From a virus (lineage: Duplodnaviria > Caudoviricetes), in IMG/VR virus record IMGVR_UViG_3300046740_000705, positions 1 through 50,938 of that record: 50,938 bases of DNA. One strand, given 5' to 3'. The first letter of the stretch is position 1; each line of letters opens with the position of its first letter. The notes under the pieces are model-generated. The model was not told the origin of the DNA. It searched no databases and saw only the letters and a list, made by a program, of their open reading frames with translations. The position numbers and the translations under genes were made by a program. This document shows, in pieces, positions 25,138 to 36,300 of the stretch.

Positions 25138-27176
25138 TTCTTTGATCTCGTCGGTCGCGCCTCGACCGGCACCGGCCCGCCGGCGGGGATCGCTTCCTGC
25201 GGAGGTGCCGCCGCGCGCGCCGCCGCGATGGCTTCTGTAATCGGAACTTGCCGCCGCGGTGTCGCGGCTAGCATCGGGACTTGCTCGCGTGCCGTCGGGG
25301 CCGGCTGGCCGGCTTTCATCGCTTCGATTTCGGCTTTTAGTTCCTTGAACGCATTGATGAACGTGTAGATCAGGTTGCCGCTTTCGAGGGTGGCAAGCTC
25401 GACCCCTTCCTGTTTGCCCACCGTCCCCGTAGTGGTCCCGACAATTTCCGGAACGTGCGGTTTCACGTCACCGGCAATCAACCCAAAGCGCGGTGGCGAG
25501 GGTTCATCCGCTGACGCTGCTCCAAACGTTCCCGGCCGATAGCGGAACTGTACCGGGTTGAGTGCTAAGACTGCGTCGAGCCCCCGCGTGTATGGAGTCA
25601 CGTCCTGCTTGATCGAAGCATCGGAGAATGTCGTCCACACGCCTGTCAGGTTAAGGCAATTGCCCGCACCATTAAACCGGACGGTTTCGTACAGTCCGCT
25701 ATTGTAGTTGAAAAAACTTTGGCCGATCTGCGAGTTACTGTCAGTGCCGTTCTTGTGGATGCCGGTGATGACCGCCCCGGTCGATTCGAAAAAATGCAAC
25801 TCGACCGATTGGCCCGCCGTCCCGAGATTGGTTCCGGCCCGCAACCGCAACACGGCCGGGTTGGCTCCCCACCCTTGAAGTTCCAGCGTCGTATTGGGGT
25901 TCACGCACCCGATCCCGACGTTGCCCTGCACGATCATCCCGCTGGCTGGCGGCGCGCTGCCGCTAGAATAGTTCGCGCCGATCGACACGCCACTGTTCGG
26001 GTTGAACGTCAAGACCGAGGCTAACACTGCGTTAGCACTCGCGCCGCCAGTTCCGCTTGGTGCGGCATAAACCGATAGTCCTTGTGCTTGCAGGCCGATT
26101 GTCGCGGCGCCGACGCCTGTTGTCTCGTAGACCCACCCGCCCGAATAATACATGTTCATGGAGAGGCCGTTGGTGTCGGCTAACTGTATGCCCCCCTTAA
26201 CCGCCAGTCCCGCATGGGGCGCCGTCGTCCCGATGCCGACGAAGCCGTTCTGTAGCAGCACCATTTTCGGCGTTGTCGGTGCATTCCACGTATCGTTCGT
26301 ATGAAAATAAGTCCCGGCAAAACCGCCGATTGATAACGCCGCTGGGCTGTCACGATTACGACCGACGTAAATCCCCGCCGCCGTGGCGAGGCCACCGCTA
26401 CCAAAGCCAATCACACCGTCATTCGAGGTAGAGCCGAGCTTGATATTCCCGCTCACGTCCAGCTTGTCAGCCGGCGCCGTCGTCCCGATCCCGACGTTGC
26501 CGCTAGCAGAACACAAATACACGTTCGCATTGGCACTGATCGCCACCGGCACCCACGCGTTCGCCGCGTCGTTCAGCGCCGCCACACCAGGCGCCGGGCC
26601 TTGATTGGTGAACCCGATATTGCCATCGACCCCCAGCCGCGCCGTGAGCGTCATCGATGGCGTCGTCGTCGCGACCCCGAGAAAGCCGTTGTGGTCGATG
26701 CGGAGGCGCTCGACGGACACCGTGGAATTTTTCGGCGTCGTATCGAAACGCAGATAGGCACCCTGCGCCGAGGCCGTCCAGTTCTCCGAGGCGGCGGAAA
26801 TGATCCGCGAACCGCCAGCGCCGTACCCTGACACCGCGTAGCCTTCGAAAGAAAGCATGCCGAGGTAGTTGTCAGTACCGATCGGAGCCGGTGCCGCTGC
26901 CGACCCGGTCGCGCAACGCAACGACACGATCGGAGCGCAGGCGCCGAAAGCGTCGATAACCTGTCTTGTGAAAACGCCGTCCGCAGCGGCCAACTCCAAT
27001 AGCGTCCCGGCCGGTACCGCCGGCAATGTCGGCGCGGTGTTGGTCTTGATCACGACCGGCCCGGTAACGGTGCCGCCGGCCGCGGGCAGCGGCGGGTTCA
27101 TCAGCGACACGAGCCCGTCGTTGGCGACGGTGAAATGCGTCGGGCTGAGATTGCCCGGTCCGGATAGGACTGGCAT
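25134..27176 (-). CDS. Tail fibre/spike with C-terminal intramolecular chaperone (peptidase S74)
   Basis: GNVGIGTTAP repeats; SDASIK...L.PV.FRY...FGLIA..V..HVPE.V...AFKELKAEIE. Confidence 0.9.
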   Translation of the reverse strand: MPVLSGPGNLSPTHFTVANDGLVSLMNPPLPAAGGTVTGPVVIKTNTAPTLPAVPAGTLLELAAADGVFTRQVIDAFGACAPIVSLRCATGSAAAPAPIGTDNYLGMLSFEGYAVSGYGAGGSRIISAASENWTASAQGAYLRFDTTPKNSTVSVERLRIDHNGFLGVATTTPSMTLTARLGVDGNIGFTNQGPAPGVAALNDAANAWVPVAISANANVYLCSASGNVGIGTTAPADKLDVSGNIKLGSTSNDGVIGFGSGGLATAAGIYVGRNRDSPAALSIGGFAGTYFHTNDTWNAPTTPKMVLLQNGFVGIGTTAPHAGLAVKGGIQLADTNGLSMNMYYSGGWVYETTGVGAATIGLQAQGLSVYAAPSGTGGASANAVLASVLTFNPNSGVSIGANYSSGSAPPASGMIVQGNVGIGCVNPNTTLELQGWGANPAVLRLRAGTNLGTAGQSVELHFFESTGAVITGIHKNGTDSNSQIGQSFFNYNSGLYETVRFNGAGNCLNLTGVWTTFSDASIKQDVTPYTRGLDAVLALNPVQFRYRPGTFGAASADEPSPPRFGLIAGDVKPHVPEIVGTTTGTVGKQEGVELATLESGNLIYTFINAFKELKAEIEAMKAGQPAPTAREQVPMLAATPRRQVPITEAIAAARAAAPPQEAIPAGGPVPVEARPTRSKK

Positions 27177-27188
27177 CGGTGTTCCTCT

Positions 27189-27392
27189 CTAATCGGCGGC
27201 GGGCGTCGGCGACACCAGCGTCGGCCGCCCCGCGGCTGATTGTTGTCCTATCTCCGCCGCCTCGGCCGGATGCTGGGCGATCTCGACCAAGAGCTGACAG
27301 CAGCGGAGATACTCGCTCGACTCGCGAGTGCCGGTGACGCTGACGCGCTCGAGGAAGGCGAGGATGTTCTGGGCGTCGAGTTGTTTAAGCAT
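27189..27392 (-). CDS. small tail-region protein
   Basis: GGAGG SD; position. Confidence 0.6.
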   Translation of the reverse strand: MLKQLDAQNILAFLERVSVTGTRESSEYLRCCQLLVEIAQHPAEAAEIGQQSAAGRPTLVSPTPAAD

Positions 27393-27407
27393 GGCGGGTC
27401 CTCCGTG

Positions 27408-27851
27408 TTAAAAGCGGCGATACCAAGTCGTGTCGGACGTGTTGTAACGCCAGGACATGCCGCCGCCCGCGGTTAGCATTTGGCCGCTGCCTCGAACGGG
27501 TACCGCGGCCGGCGCGGTAATGTTTACGGTCGCAATCGTCTGGTTGGTCGATATCTCGAATATCTGACCGTTTCCGGGCGTCGGCGGCAGGACGATGTTT
27601 AGCGTCGCGATGGGCCCGGCCGGCTGGATCAGGAAAGCACCGAGGCCGGTAGGCGCGGTCAAAGTCGCCCCGGTCAACGGACGCTGAAACTGGAACGTGA
27701 AACCGAACGAGCCGCCGACCAGCGCGTTGATGACGACCATGAGGTCAGATACCATCGGCAACAAATGCTGACGATGCCCGCCGTTCTGCATATCGTTTGG
27801 CGTGCTGCCGTCGTCGCTGTAAACGTTGCCGTTCACCAGTACTTGCGTCAT
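27408..27851 (-). CDS. tail tip / fibre-adaptor protein
   Basis: Beta-rich; LP.TP.NGQ motif; position. Confidence 0.6.
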   Translation of the reverse strand: MTQVLVNGNVYSDDGSTPNDMQNGGHRQHLLPMVSDLMVVINALVGGSFGFTFQFQRPLTGATLTAPTGLGAFLIQPAGPIATLNIVLPPTPGNGQIFEISTNQTIATVNITAPAAVPVRGSGQMLTAGGGMSWRYNTSDTTWYRRF

Positions 27852-28711
27852 CCGATTATTTCCTCAAGGAAGATCGGCACCTCATCGAGGTCAGTCGCGT
27901 AGTAACTGAACATGCCGGGGTCTTGGAACTGCGCCAGCATCGCGGTGCGCAACCAGTGGATTTTCTCGTCGGGGTTCGGCAGCCAGATCACCGGCTGGTA
28001 GAGATCGCGCTGGCGCAGCATCTCGAACTGCTTGCCCATCGCCTCGTCATGCGGTGACTTGAAACTGCCCTTGAAGACGCGCGGCTTGTTGCGGCTGTCA
28101 AAGTATTTGGCCCCGCCGAGGGCTTCGCTGGAGACGGTGCGAAACCGAAAGCCGTACTGCGCGCCGTACTGGAAATTGTAGGCGACGGCGTATTGACCGG
28201 CGATCTCCAGATACCCGGCCTGGACGTAGCCGTCGAGGTTTTCGGGGTCGGAAATATCAAGCCGGACTGTGGTCGCCATGTAGTCGACGCCGGCCCACCA
28301 CAGCCACAGCCACGTCGTGCCGGCCAGTTCGTCGGGGTGGTACTTCCCGGTCCAGTAGGCGTCGGACTCCCACTCAAGGATGTCGTAGGGGTAGACCGAG
28401 GGCCAGACGTCTTGCACGCCGCTGTCGTGCAGCAGGATGGTCGCTGCCGCGTCCTGATAGATCCGCACCCGGATCGTCGCCTTGATGGAGAGGTTGTGCC
28501 GGGCGAAGGCGATCAGCCCGACCTGGCGGGTAGTGTCGGCGGTGGCGACGATCACCGTGTCGATCGGGTTTAGGCTGATCGTCCGGGCCACCTTCGACAG
28601 CGGCAATTTTTGCAGGTTGGCGCGCGGGTAGGTCGTGACCCAGTTGCCCCCGGACAAAACAAAATACTGGGATACGCTTGGCCAGCCCAGGACCGCGGAG
28701 GTGTTCGGCAT
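27848..28711 (-). CDS. tail tip (distal tail-like) protein
   Basis: Position downstream of TMP; aromatic beta-rich. Confidence 0.65.
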   Translation of the reverse strand: MPNTSAVLGWPSVSQYFVLSGGNWVTTYPRANLQKLPLSKVARTISLNPIDTVIVATADTTRQVGLIAFARHNLSIKATIRVRIYQDAAATILLHDSGVQDVWPSVYPYDILEWESDAYWTGKYHPDELAGTTWLWLWWAGVDYMATTVRLDISDPENLDGYVQAGYLEIAGQYAVAYNFQYGAQYGFRFRTVSSEALGGAKYFDSRNKPRVFKGSFKSPHDEAMGKQFEMLRQRDLYQPVIWLPNPDEKIHWLRTAMLAQFQDPGMFSYYATDLDEVPIFLEEIIG

Positions 28712-28714
28712 AGC

Positions 28715-30271
28715 TCAGCCCCACAACGCCAGGATCAGGATGTTGCGCACGCTGTTGTACTCCATCCCGGTGATGATCATCGGGCGCCCGCCGTCATAGC
28801 CGAAGCGCGGGATCACAACCGAAACCGTCTGGCCGAGTTCGAGCGCCTGTAGGGCCTCGGGCGCCAACGGTGTGTCGACCTCGATGAAATCGCGTCGGAC
28901 CTTATAGAGCGCCAGAACCCGATCGGCCTCGGCCTGGGCGTCGGCCTGATTGACCAAGAGCGTGGTGACTTCCTTCTGGACCGCGAGCGGGTTCGGGGTT
29001 TGCACGGTTAGGTCGGTCGCGACCACGGTGCGGTTTTCGATCGCGAAATAGGCCCGCGCGTCATCAGCAACCGACCCGACCAGGCTGGTGCCGCTCATGA
29101 CCGTGTAATTGTGCATCCAGGCCAGCGACACCCGGAACGTCGGCACGCCTTTGTCGGGGTCGTTCGTCGACAAAAAACGGATGTCAACGATGTCGAGGTC
29201 GCCGGTCTGCGCGTCGGTGCCGAGGCCAAACATGCGCAGGGTAGTGACCGGCGTGCTGGGCGCTTCAACCCGGCGCACCCGAAACTTGCCGACCGCGTCG
29301 AACCCGTACCACGCCCCGACCGAGCCGAAGATCAGATCGAGCGGGGCGGCGAAGGTGGACTCGGCATCAATCCAGATCCCGAGCACGGCATGGTTTGCCG
29401 CGTCCAGGGCGACAAAGTCGCCGTCCACGATGTCGCTGACCGGGATGCCGCCGGGCCGGGTAACGAGCGCCTTCGCGACCTGGGCGGCGGTGCTCGATGC
29501 GGCGTTCGGTGCCTGGATGATATCCGCAGTCACGGTGCCGATGGGGCTGCGACCGAGCCGGAAATAGCCGCCGGCTTTCCAGACCCGGTAAAAGCCCGGC
29601 GTCGGTTCGTTGGCTTCCATGTCGGCCCGGCTGGTGTAATCGGCCTGTTGACCCAGCACCGCGCCGGCATCGCGGACCTTGGGCACATCGAGCACCGGGC
29701 CATCGTTGATCTGATACTCAAGCCGGGTGGTGTTGACGCAGGGCGGCGTGACGTTCGAGGGCACGGTGCCGGCGGCGATCGGTAGCGGCTTGCCCTTGAG
29801 GTCGTCCAGCCCGCCGAGCCCGTCCGGCAAGACGTTGTCGCCGGGGTACTTGTTCGCCTGAACCGGTTGCTGCAGGTCTTGCAACCGGTCCTTGAGCTTC
29901 ACCCGGACTTCGTTCAAATCGAACAGGGCCTGCTCGACCCGCCCGACGATAAACGGCACGAAGCTCGCGTAGGGTTCTTCGTCCTCGCCGAGAAGGATGG
30001 TACAGGCCTGCCCGGCCAGCCCGAAATCGCGCAAATTGTCGAGTTCCCCGTCAGGGTTGGCGATGGTCAGGTCGCCCTGCGACACCGCCCCGGCACCGCC
30101 GGTCGTGTTCTTGCCAAAGATGTCGCGGCGAAAGGTCGGCAAGTCTCGGATCCGGTTGTCATACGCACCGGGCGCGCTCGGGTGCAGGTACGGCTGCGAC
30201 GAGAAGCGGAGCGTGGTGAGCGCCGCTGCAGTCGTGTCGTAGGCAGAGATCTCGATCAAGTAGGTCAGCAT
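28715..30271 (-). CDS. tail tip hub-like protein
   Basis: Follows TMP; GDL.I.N.DGELD, G.P.PIA.G motifs. Confidence 0.7.
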   Translation of the reverse strand: MLTYLIEISAYDTTAAALTTLRFSSQPYLHPSAPGAYDNRIRDLPTFRRDIFGKNTTGGAGAVSQGDLTIANPDGELDNLRDFGLAGQACTILLGEDEEPYASFVPFIVGRVEQALFDLNEVRVKLKDRLQDLQQPVQANKYPGDNVLPDGLGGLDDLKGKPLPIAAGTVPSNVTPPCVNTTRLEYQINDGPVLDVPKVRDAGAVLGQQADYTSRADMEANEPTPGFYRVWKAGGYFRLGRSPIGTVTADIIQAPNAASSTAAQVAKALVTRPGGIPVSDIVDGDFVALDAANHAVLGIWIDAESTFAAPLDLIFGSVGAWYGFDAVGKFRVRRVEAPSTPVTTLRMFGLGTDAQTGDLDIVDIRFLSTNDPDKGVPTFRVSLAWMHNYTVMSGTSLVGSVADDARAYFAIENRTVVATDLTVQTPNPLAVQKEVTTLLVNQADAQAEADRVLALYKVRRDFIEVDTPLAPEALQALELGQTVSVVIPRFGYDGGRPMIITGMEYNSVRNILILALWG

Positions 30272-30307
30272 TCCATCTGAAGGGACAGGTGCGCTTCACA
30301 GCGGACC
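30272..30307 (-). promoter_or_regulatory. Late-gene leader element, copy A
   Basis: GGU-C-CGCU-GUGA-AGCG-C-ACC ... UCCC...GAUGGA. Confidence 0.65.
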
Positions 30308-30318
30308 GGGTGGAGGAC

Positions 30319-33300
30319 TTAACCGAAGGCGTTCCGGCGGAGGTTGGTTTCGATGTCCACCAATGCGTCGTGCTGAGCATCGGTCTTCGCGGCCATCCAG
30401 ATGTCGAACTGGATCGTGACCTCAGTCAGCAGGTTGATGTATTCGCGGATGACCCAGGTGTTATCGGCAATCTTGCTGAGGTAGACATTCAGCGTGTAGT
30501 GCATGTCGTTGAGCTTGTTCCAAAGGTTCTGGCTCCAGGCCACCTCGTTGTCGTTCACATTGCCGACCCGGTTGTAGACATTGCTCAACCACCACGTCAC
30601 GTCCCGGCTCATGTCGTAGACCGCATTTCGCGTCGCCCACGGGTCGGGTGCTCCGGCCGCGACCTGGGCGACGATGCTATTCGCGGCGCCGTAGGTGGCG
30701 GCGATGTTGCCGACCGACATCGAGCCGATCGCGCCGATGATGGCGTTGCCGTTGGCGAAGGTCGCGCCGATCTCGTTCGAGGACGAGCCGTAGATTGCCC
30801 CGACGGTGATATTATCGGCGGCGAAGATGCTGTTGGTGATGCTGTTGCTGACCTGCGCCAGCATGCTGACGATGCTGTTCGCCGCCCAGGCCTGATAGTT
30901 GACGTCGGCCTGCCCCCAGTAATTGAGCGTGCCGATATTCGCGTTTCCCCACGCGGCGACGGTGCCGACAGTGGCATTGCCCCACGCGTCAACGGTCATC
31001 GTATTCCACGCGCCGTAGGCCGCGATCTGCTGGTAGATCGCATTACTCCACGCAGCGTTGTCGCCGACGATCCAGCCGCCGACGTTGTAGAGGGCAGTGA
31101 TCACCTGCACGTCGCCGACACTGACCCCCGCAAGCGCCTGGATTGCCGCGATCTGCTCGTTGGTTTTGGCCAGGACCGCATTGGTGCCGGCTTGTGTGGT
31201 CGCCGCGACGCCGGCCGAGGCGGCCTCGGTTCGCGCCCCCAGTTCCGAGGAGGTCGCGTGTGCCGTCCACGCGAGCGCTGCGGTGTTGTCGTTTGCGGTG
31301 GTCCTGACCGCTTCGCTGTTGCGGGTCGCGGTGTCGATGATCGAGGCCGCGGAAGTGTTGTTGCCGGCTACGATCGACTGCGCCGTGGCGTTGGTGGTCG
31401 ACACTACCGCCGCCGCGTTGCGGATATTCTGGTCAACCAGTGCGGCGCTCTGCTGCGCATTGGCCGCGAGGAGCGCGTTGGCGTTGCCCTCCTGCTGGGC
31501 GAGGAGATTCTCGGTGTCCTCTTTCGACCCGGCGATCAGCGTCCTCGAGTTCGCTTCGTTCGAGGCCAGCAGGGCCAGGGTGCCGCCCTTGGATACGTCG
31601 GTGCCGTAGGTGACCGCTTCGGCGGTGCTGTTGGCAGCATTAGCGACCAGCAGGGTCGCGCCCGAAACCAGCTCCGCGCCCGAGGTGGTGGCTCCGGTGA
31701 TCCGGGCTGACCCGTCGATCGCATTGCGCACGATGTCGTTCGACGTGTCGATCGCCACCGAGACGATCCGCGTCGAGCTAGCTCCCGTCTCGGCGACGAT
31801 ATCCCTCGCGGTCGCCCTGGCATTGTCGACGATCGCCTGATTGGTAGCAATGGTCGTGCCGATGATCGACTGCGCGCTCGCCGCCGTCGCTTCCGCCACG
31901 CCGGTCACGGTCGCGGTGCTGGCCTCGGTGATGGCATCGACAATTGCGTTGGTCTGCGTCTGCTGGGCGTCCGGCACCCCCGGCAATGAGGCCAGGGCGG
32001 CCTTGACGTCCTCCCACTCCTGCGCCCCCGGCGCCGCGCTGGCGAAGTAGCCCTGCAGGGCCGACTTCAACGCATCGGCGATGCCGGTGATCCCCTGCAG
32101 CGCATTGACATCGCCGCCCCTGGCCAAGCCCAACTGGGTCTGGAACTGGCTGCGCGCGGCCTGCAGACGGCTGGTCGGGCTGGTGAAATCCTGCCCGGTT
32201 TCCTGGGCGTTGAGGTACTGCCGAATCTGCAGCCCGGCCTGCAGGATGGCGTTGTGCCGCTGGTCCGCGTCGGCCTGCTTTTGGGTCGCGTCGGCCGCGT
32301 CCTTGGATGCCTGGATCAGACCGTAGGCCTCATCGACCCATGTCGCGAAAGCCGGGTTCAGTTCCGCCAGCGTCTTGCGGGCCAGCTCCAGCTGATCGTT
32401 GGTGAGGCCCTGCAGGATCGTCAGCGCCGCCTTGTGCTCTGTCTCCTGGATCACTCCGGACCTGGTATCACCCAGGTCGAGCGAGGCGGCATTGGCCTGG
32501 GCGGCCTTGCGGGCCTTGTCCAGGTCGCGCAGCTGGGCCAAGAACTGCTGCCCGGCGGCGGTATCGAAATCTTGCTGGATCTGGTAGGCCGCAGCCTGGC
32601 GATCCAACTCGCGCGTCAGCGCGGTCGCCGCTTCCGCCGCCGCCTTCGCTGCCCGCGCCAAATCCGGTAGACCGTTGGTCAGATCGCCGAACTTGCTGAT
32701 CACCTCGTCAAGCTGCGGCCCCGACAGGCTTTCGAAGATGGTGTTCAGTTCGGCGTTGAAGGTTGCGCCCAGCTTGTCGTGGATGCTGCGGTCGGCGCCG
32801 ATGGCAGAGGCGTCCCGCGCCATCTGCTCATAGCCGTCAATCACCCCCTGGACATTGGTCAGGAAGTCACGGCCGGTCGCTGCGTTAAAGGCAGTATCGA
32901 CCGCTTTCGAGAAATCGTTGTTGAGGCGTTTGGTGGCTTCCTCGAGCGCCTTGTTCACCGGCTCGACGGCAAGGCCGAATTGTTCTGCCTGTTGCGCCAT
33001 ACCAGCAAAGACAGCGTCGATCTGCTGCTTCACCAGTTCGAACGGACCCGTTTTCGCCGCTGTTTCAACGTCCTTGAAGGCGTTATCTACCGATGCCGCC
33101 AGCTTGTCGTAGGCATCGGCAAAGGCTAACGCGCCTTCGATCTGGGCCGGGTCGCCAATGCTATGGATGACCTTTTGGACGGTATCCGACACCCCGGTCA
33201 GGTTATCTCTCAGCGCGTTCAACCCGGCAGCGATGGCCTCTTCAGCCGATTGGAAGCGGTGCTCCTGCCCCGCAAACGACAGCTTGATGCCGTCGCGGCT

Positions 33301-36300
33301 CCCGGCCTGGATCGCCACCGCACCACCCGGCAATTTGGCACCGGGGATCGCCAACGCCCGCGTCAGTGCTGCCGACAGAACCGTACCGATCCGCGAGGCA
33401 GTCGCGTCGTTCTCGGCGTTACCGCCGGATTGAACATTGGTGATTTGCCCGGTGCCGAGATTGAGGACGCCACCACTGGCCGCATCCGGCTTCTTGTTGC
33501 CGCCGAACATGCCGCCCAACAGACCGCCGCCGGCACCGCCGATCAGACCACCAAGAAACGGCATGCCGACAAGCGAGCCGATTGCGGTTCCCGCCAATGC
33601 GCCGACACCCGAGCCGATCGTGCCGGTGGTCTTGTTACCGCCCGCCAGCATGTTGGCGATGCTGCCAGCCCCGAAACCCAGCCCGACGCCACCGGCAAAG
33701 CCGCCAAGTGTGGTCGAGCCAAATATCGAACCTGGCGCACTGGTGACGGGACCGACGCCAGCGGCGATGTCGGCTCCGGTCGGCGCGTGCGCGAAAATCC
33801 CGCCAAGACCGCCGGAGAAGAAATCACCGACACCAGAAAGCGAACCGCCAGTACCGAAGATCCCTTCGCTTCCACTACCTCCCAACCCCAACTCACCAAG
33901 CAAGCCGCCACCGGATTTAACCGTACTGGCGGCTGAGGTAAGGGTGCCGACGACCTCGCCCTTGGCGTTCTTCTGGACGAATTCCGTAGGAGTGCTACTG
34001 CCGCCGCCGCCAAACAAACCACCGCCGCCGCCGCCAACAACGCTGCTGAGCGCCGAGAAGGTGCCGCCGATCGAGCCGAAATCCGCCCCGACCTTGCCAA
34101 AGCCAGCGGCACTTAGAGCCGTTCCGATGATCGGTTTGATGAACAGCCCGCTGATCAACTGCTTCGTGATATCGTTGATCGTGGACTTTACCGTCGAGCC
34201 CCAATCTTTGACCTTCTGCCCGCTAAATGCGCCCGCCAAAGAGTCAGTGAGTGTGGTATCGATGGTCGTGGCCACTCCTTTGATGGCGTCGTTTATCGCC
34301 CCTGCGGCGCGCTGGGATTCCGCAAGCGCGATATTCTGTTGGCCGAGCGCATCGACGTTCGCCAAGGTCTTCTGATAGATCGCATCGGCAGTGGTCAGTC
34401 CGCGTGCTTCCAGATCCTGCTTCGCCTGCAACAGCGATACCTGGCGCTGCATTTCCTCCGATGTCTGAAACTGCAACCCGGCCTGGAGTTTCAGAACCTC
34501 GATCTGGTTGGTGCGCTGGTTGTTTTGCTGCTCAAGCTGGTAGGTCTGCTGCAGGACGTCGTTACGTTTGATCAATTCAGACGTGCTTTTGGTGATCGCC
34601 TCCGCCTGCGCGATCAGCGCGGGGTTACCTGAGGCGACCGCCTTCGCCAGCGCGTCATGGGTGGCGGTGACAACCTGGTTTGCCAGTACCTGCTCGTGTT
34701 CTGCGGCGGTCCCCTTCTCTGTCGCTGTTACCAGCCGCTGGCTTGCCGCGATCTGCAGCCCGAGCACCGGAACATTCTTGGCACCGGCCTCCGCCGCCTC
34801 GACCGCACTGGCGGTCAGCAACATCTGGGCGGTGGTTGTTCGCCCGGCCCGCTGCTCAAGCACGGCCGCCGCCTCCGCCGCCGCCTTCAACCCCGCAACC
34901 TCGCCTCCCTCTCCCAGGTAGGCGGCGGTGGTCGCCTGGACCCCGGCGACCCGAATCCGCTCCGTCTCATTGAGCACGGCATTTGCCTTGTCGTGCTTCT
35001 GTAGGGCTAGGGCGACCTCGTTCTGGACATAGGCGTCCTTCTGCGCCTGCGTCGCTTGCATGGTCAGAGTTGCGGTCAGCGCCGCGGCCCTGGCATCAGC
35101 GGCCACTGCCTCCCGGCCGACCTTACCGAACGAGTCCGCCAGGATCGCATTACGCGCCGCCTGGTCGTCCAGGATGATCTTGCCCTTGGCCGCTTGATCA
35201 GCGCGCGGATCGGCGGCAGTGGTGGGGACCGCCGGCAGACCGATCGACGCGCTGGGGGCACCACTGCCGGCCCCGCGCGACCCCATCATCTCGATATGCC
35301 ACGGCTCGAACGGATGCTTGTTCGGGTCGTTCATGGGGAAGTAAGCGCCGTATTTCGCGGCGTTGGCCGCCGCCCAGGCTAAAGCGGCTGGGTCGCGGGT
35401 GAGATCCGCAGCCATCCCCTTCTCGTGGATCGAGGTGCCGGGGGCCGCCACCATCCCCGAGGCCATGCCGCCGTGTTTCGCGATGTCGGCGTTGTAAAGC
35501 GCCAGCTGCTGCTCATAGGTGCGGAAGCCGCTGCTGATCCCAAGGTTGATCCCCTGCGATGCGGCGTCGGCGATCATCTTCTGCAGCTGTTCAGCGAATT
35601 CCGGCTTCAACCCGGTCAGGGAGCCGTGCGGCATGCTGAGGTCGGTGCCGCCGCGCGCCCCCGCCGCCTGTGCCTTGGCCGCGTCTTGCCAGCCGGTGCC
35701 CTGCGGGTCGCTGGCTTGCGGCAGTTTACTCTTGATCCAATCGTAGGCTTGGCCGAGCAGCTCGATTTCGTGCTTGGTGTTTTTGATGAACTGGTTGAAC
35801 TCTTTGAAGAAGTCTCTGATGATCGCCAGGGCTGGCGGGCCCATTTCATCAAGGAACTCGTTCCAGGTTTTCTTGAGGTCGTCGATGGTCTTCTGGAAAT
35901 CCGACTTGTTTTTTGCGTTGGCCTCAGCATAGGTCCGCTGCAGGGCTTGATACTCAATCCCATGCTGTTTCTGTTCGTCCCTCGCCAGTTTGCTCGCGCT
36001 GATGGCCTTGTTTTCAGCGTCGGTGTATTTGACCCCCAGTTCCTCGTTGAACCGCTCCAGGTCTGTGGCAGTGCCGGAAACGGCTTTGCCCAGCGCTGTC
36101 GCCTGCGCCACCAGATCGGTGCCGCGCGACCCGGAAATATTGAGGGCCAGCTGTGCCAGCCCCGTGCTGCCCCCGATGCCGGCCGGGCTAATCCCCGGCG
36201 TCTGGGCCAGTGCATTGATCGCCTGGGCGGCCTTCGCGGCTTCGACCCCCTGGTCACGCAACGACCTCGTGACAGCCTCAAGCCCCTCGGCAGTCTGCTC

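Noticed and set aside
30289-31710. 473-aa + strand ORF and other long antisense ORFs (e.g. 33437-34375, 35425-36327, 21356-22570)
   Set aside because: Shadow frames of high-GC genes on the opposite strand, with no independent motifs
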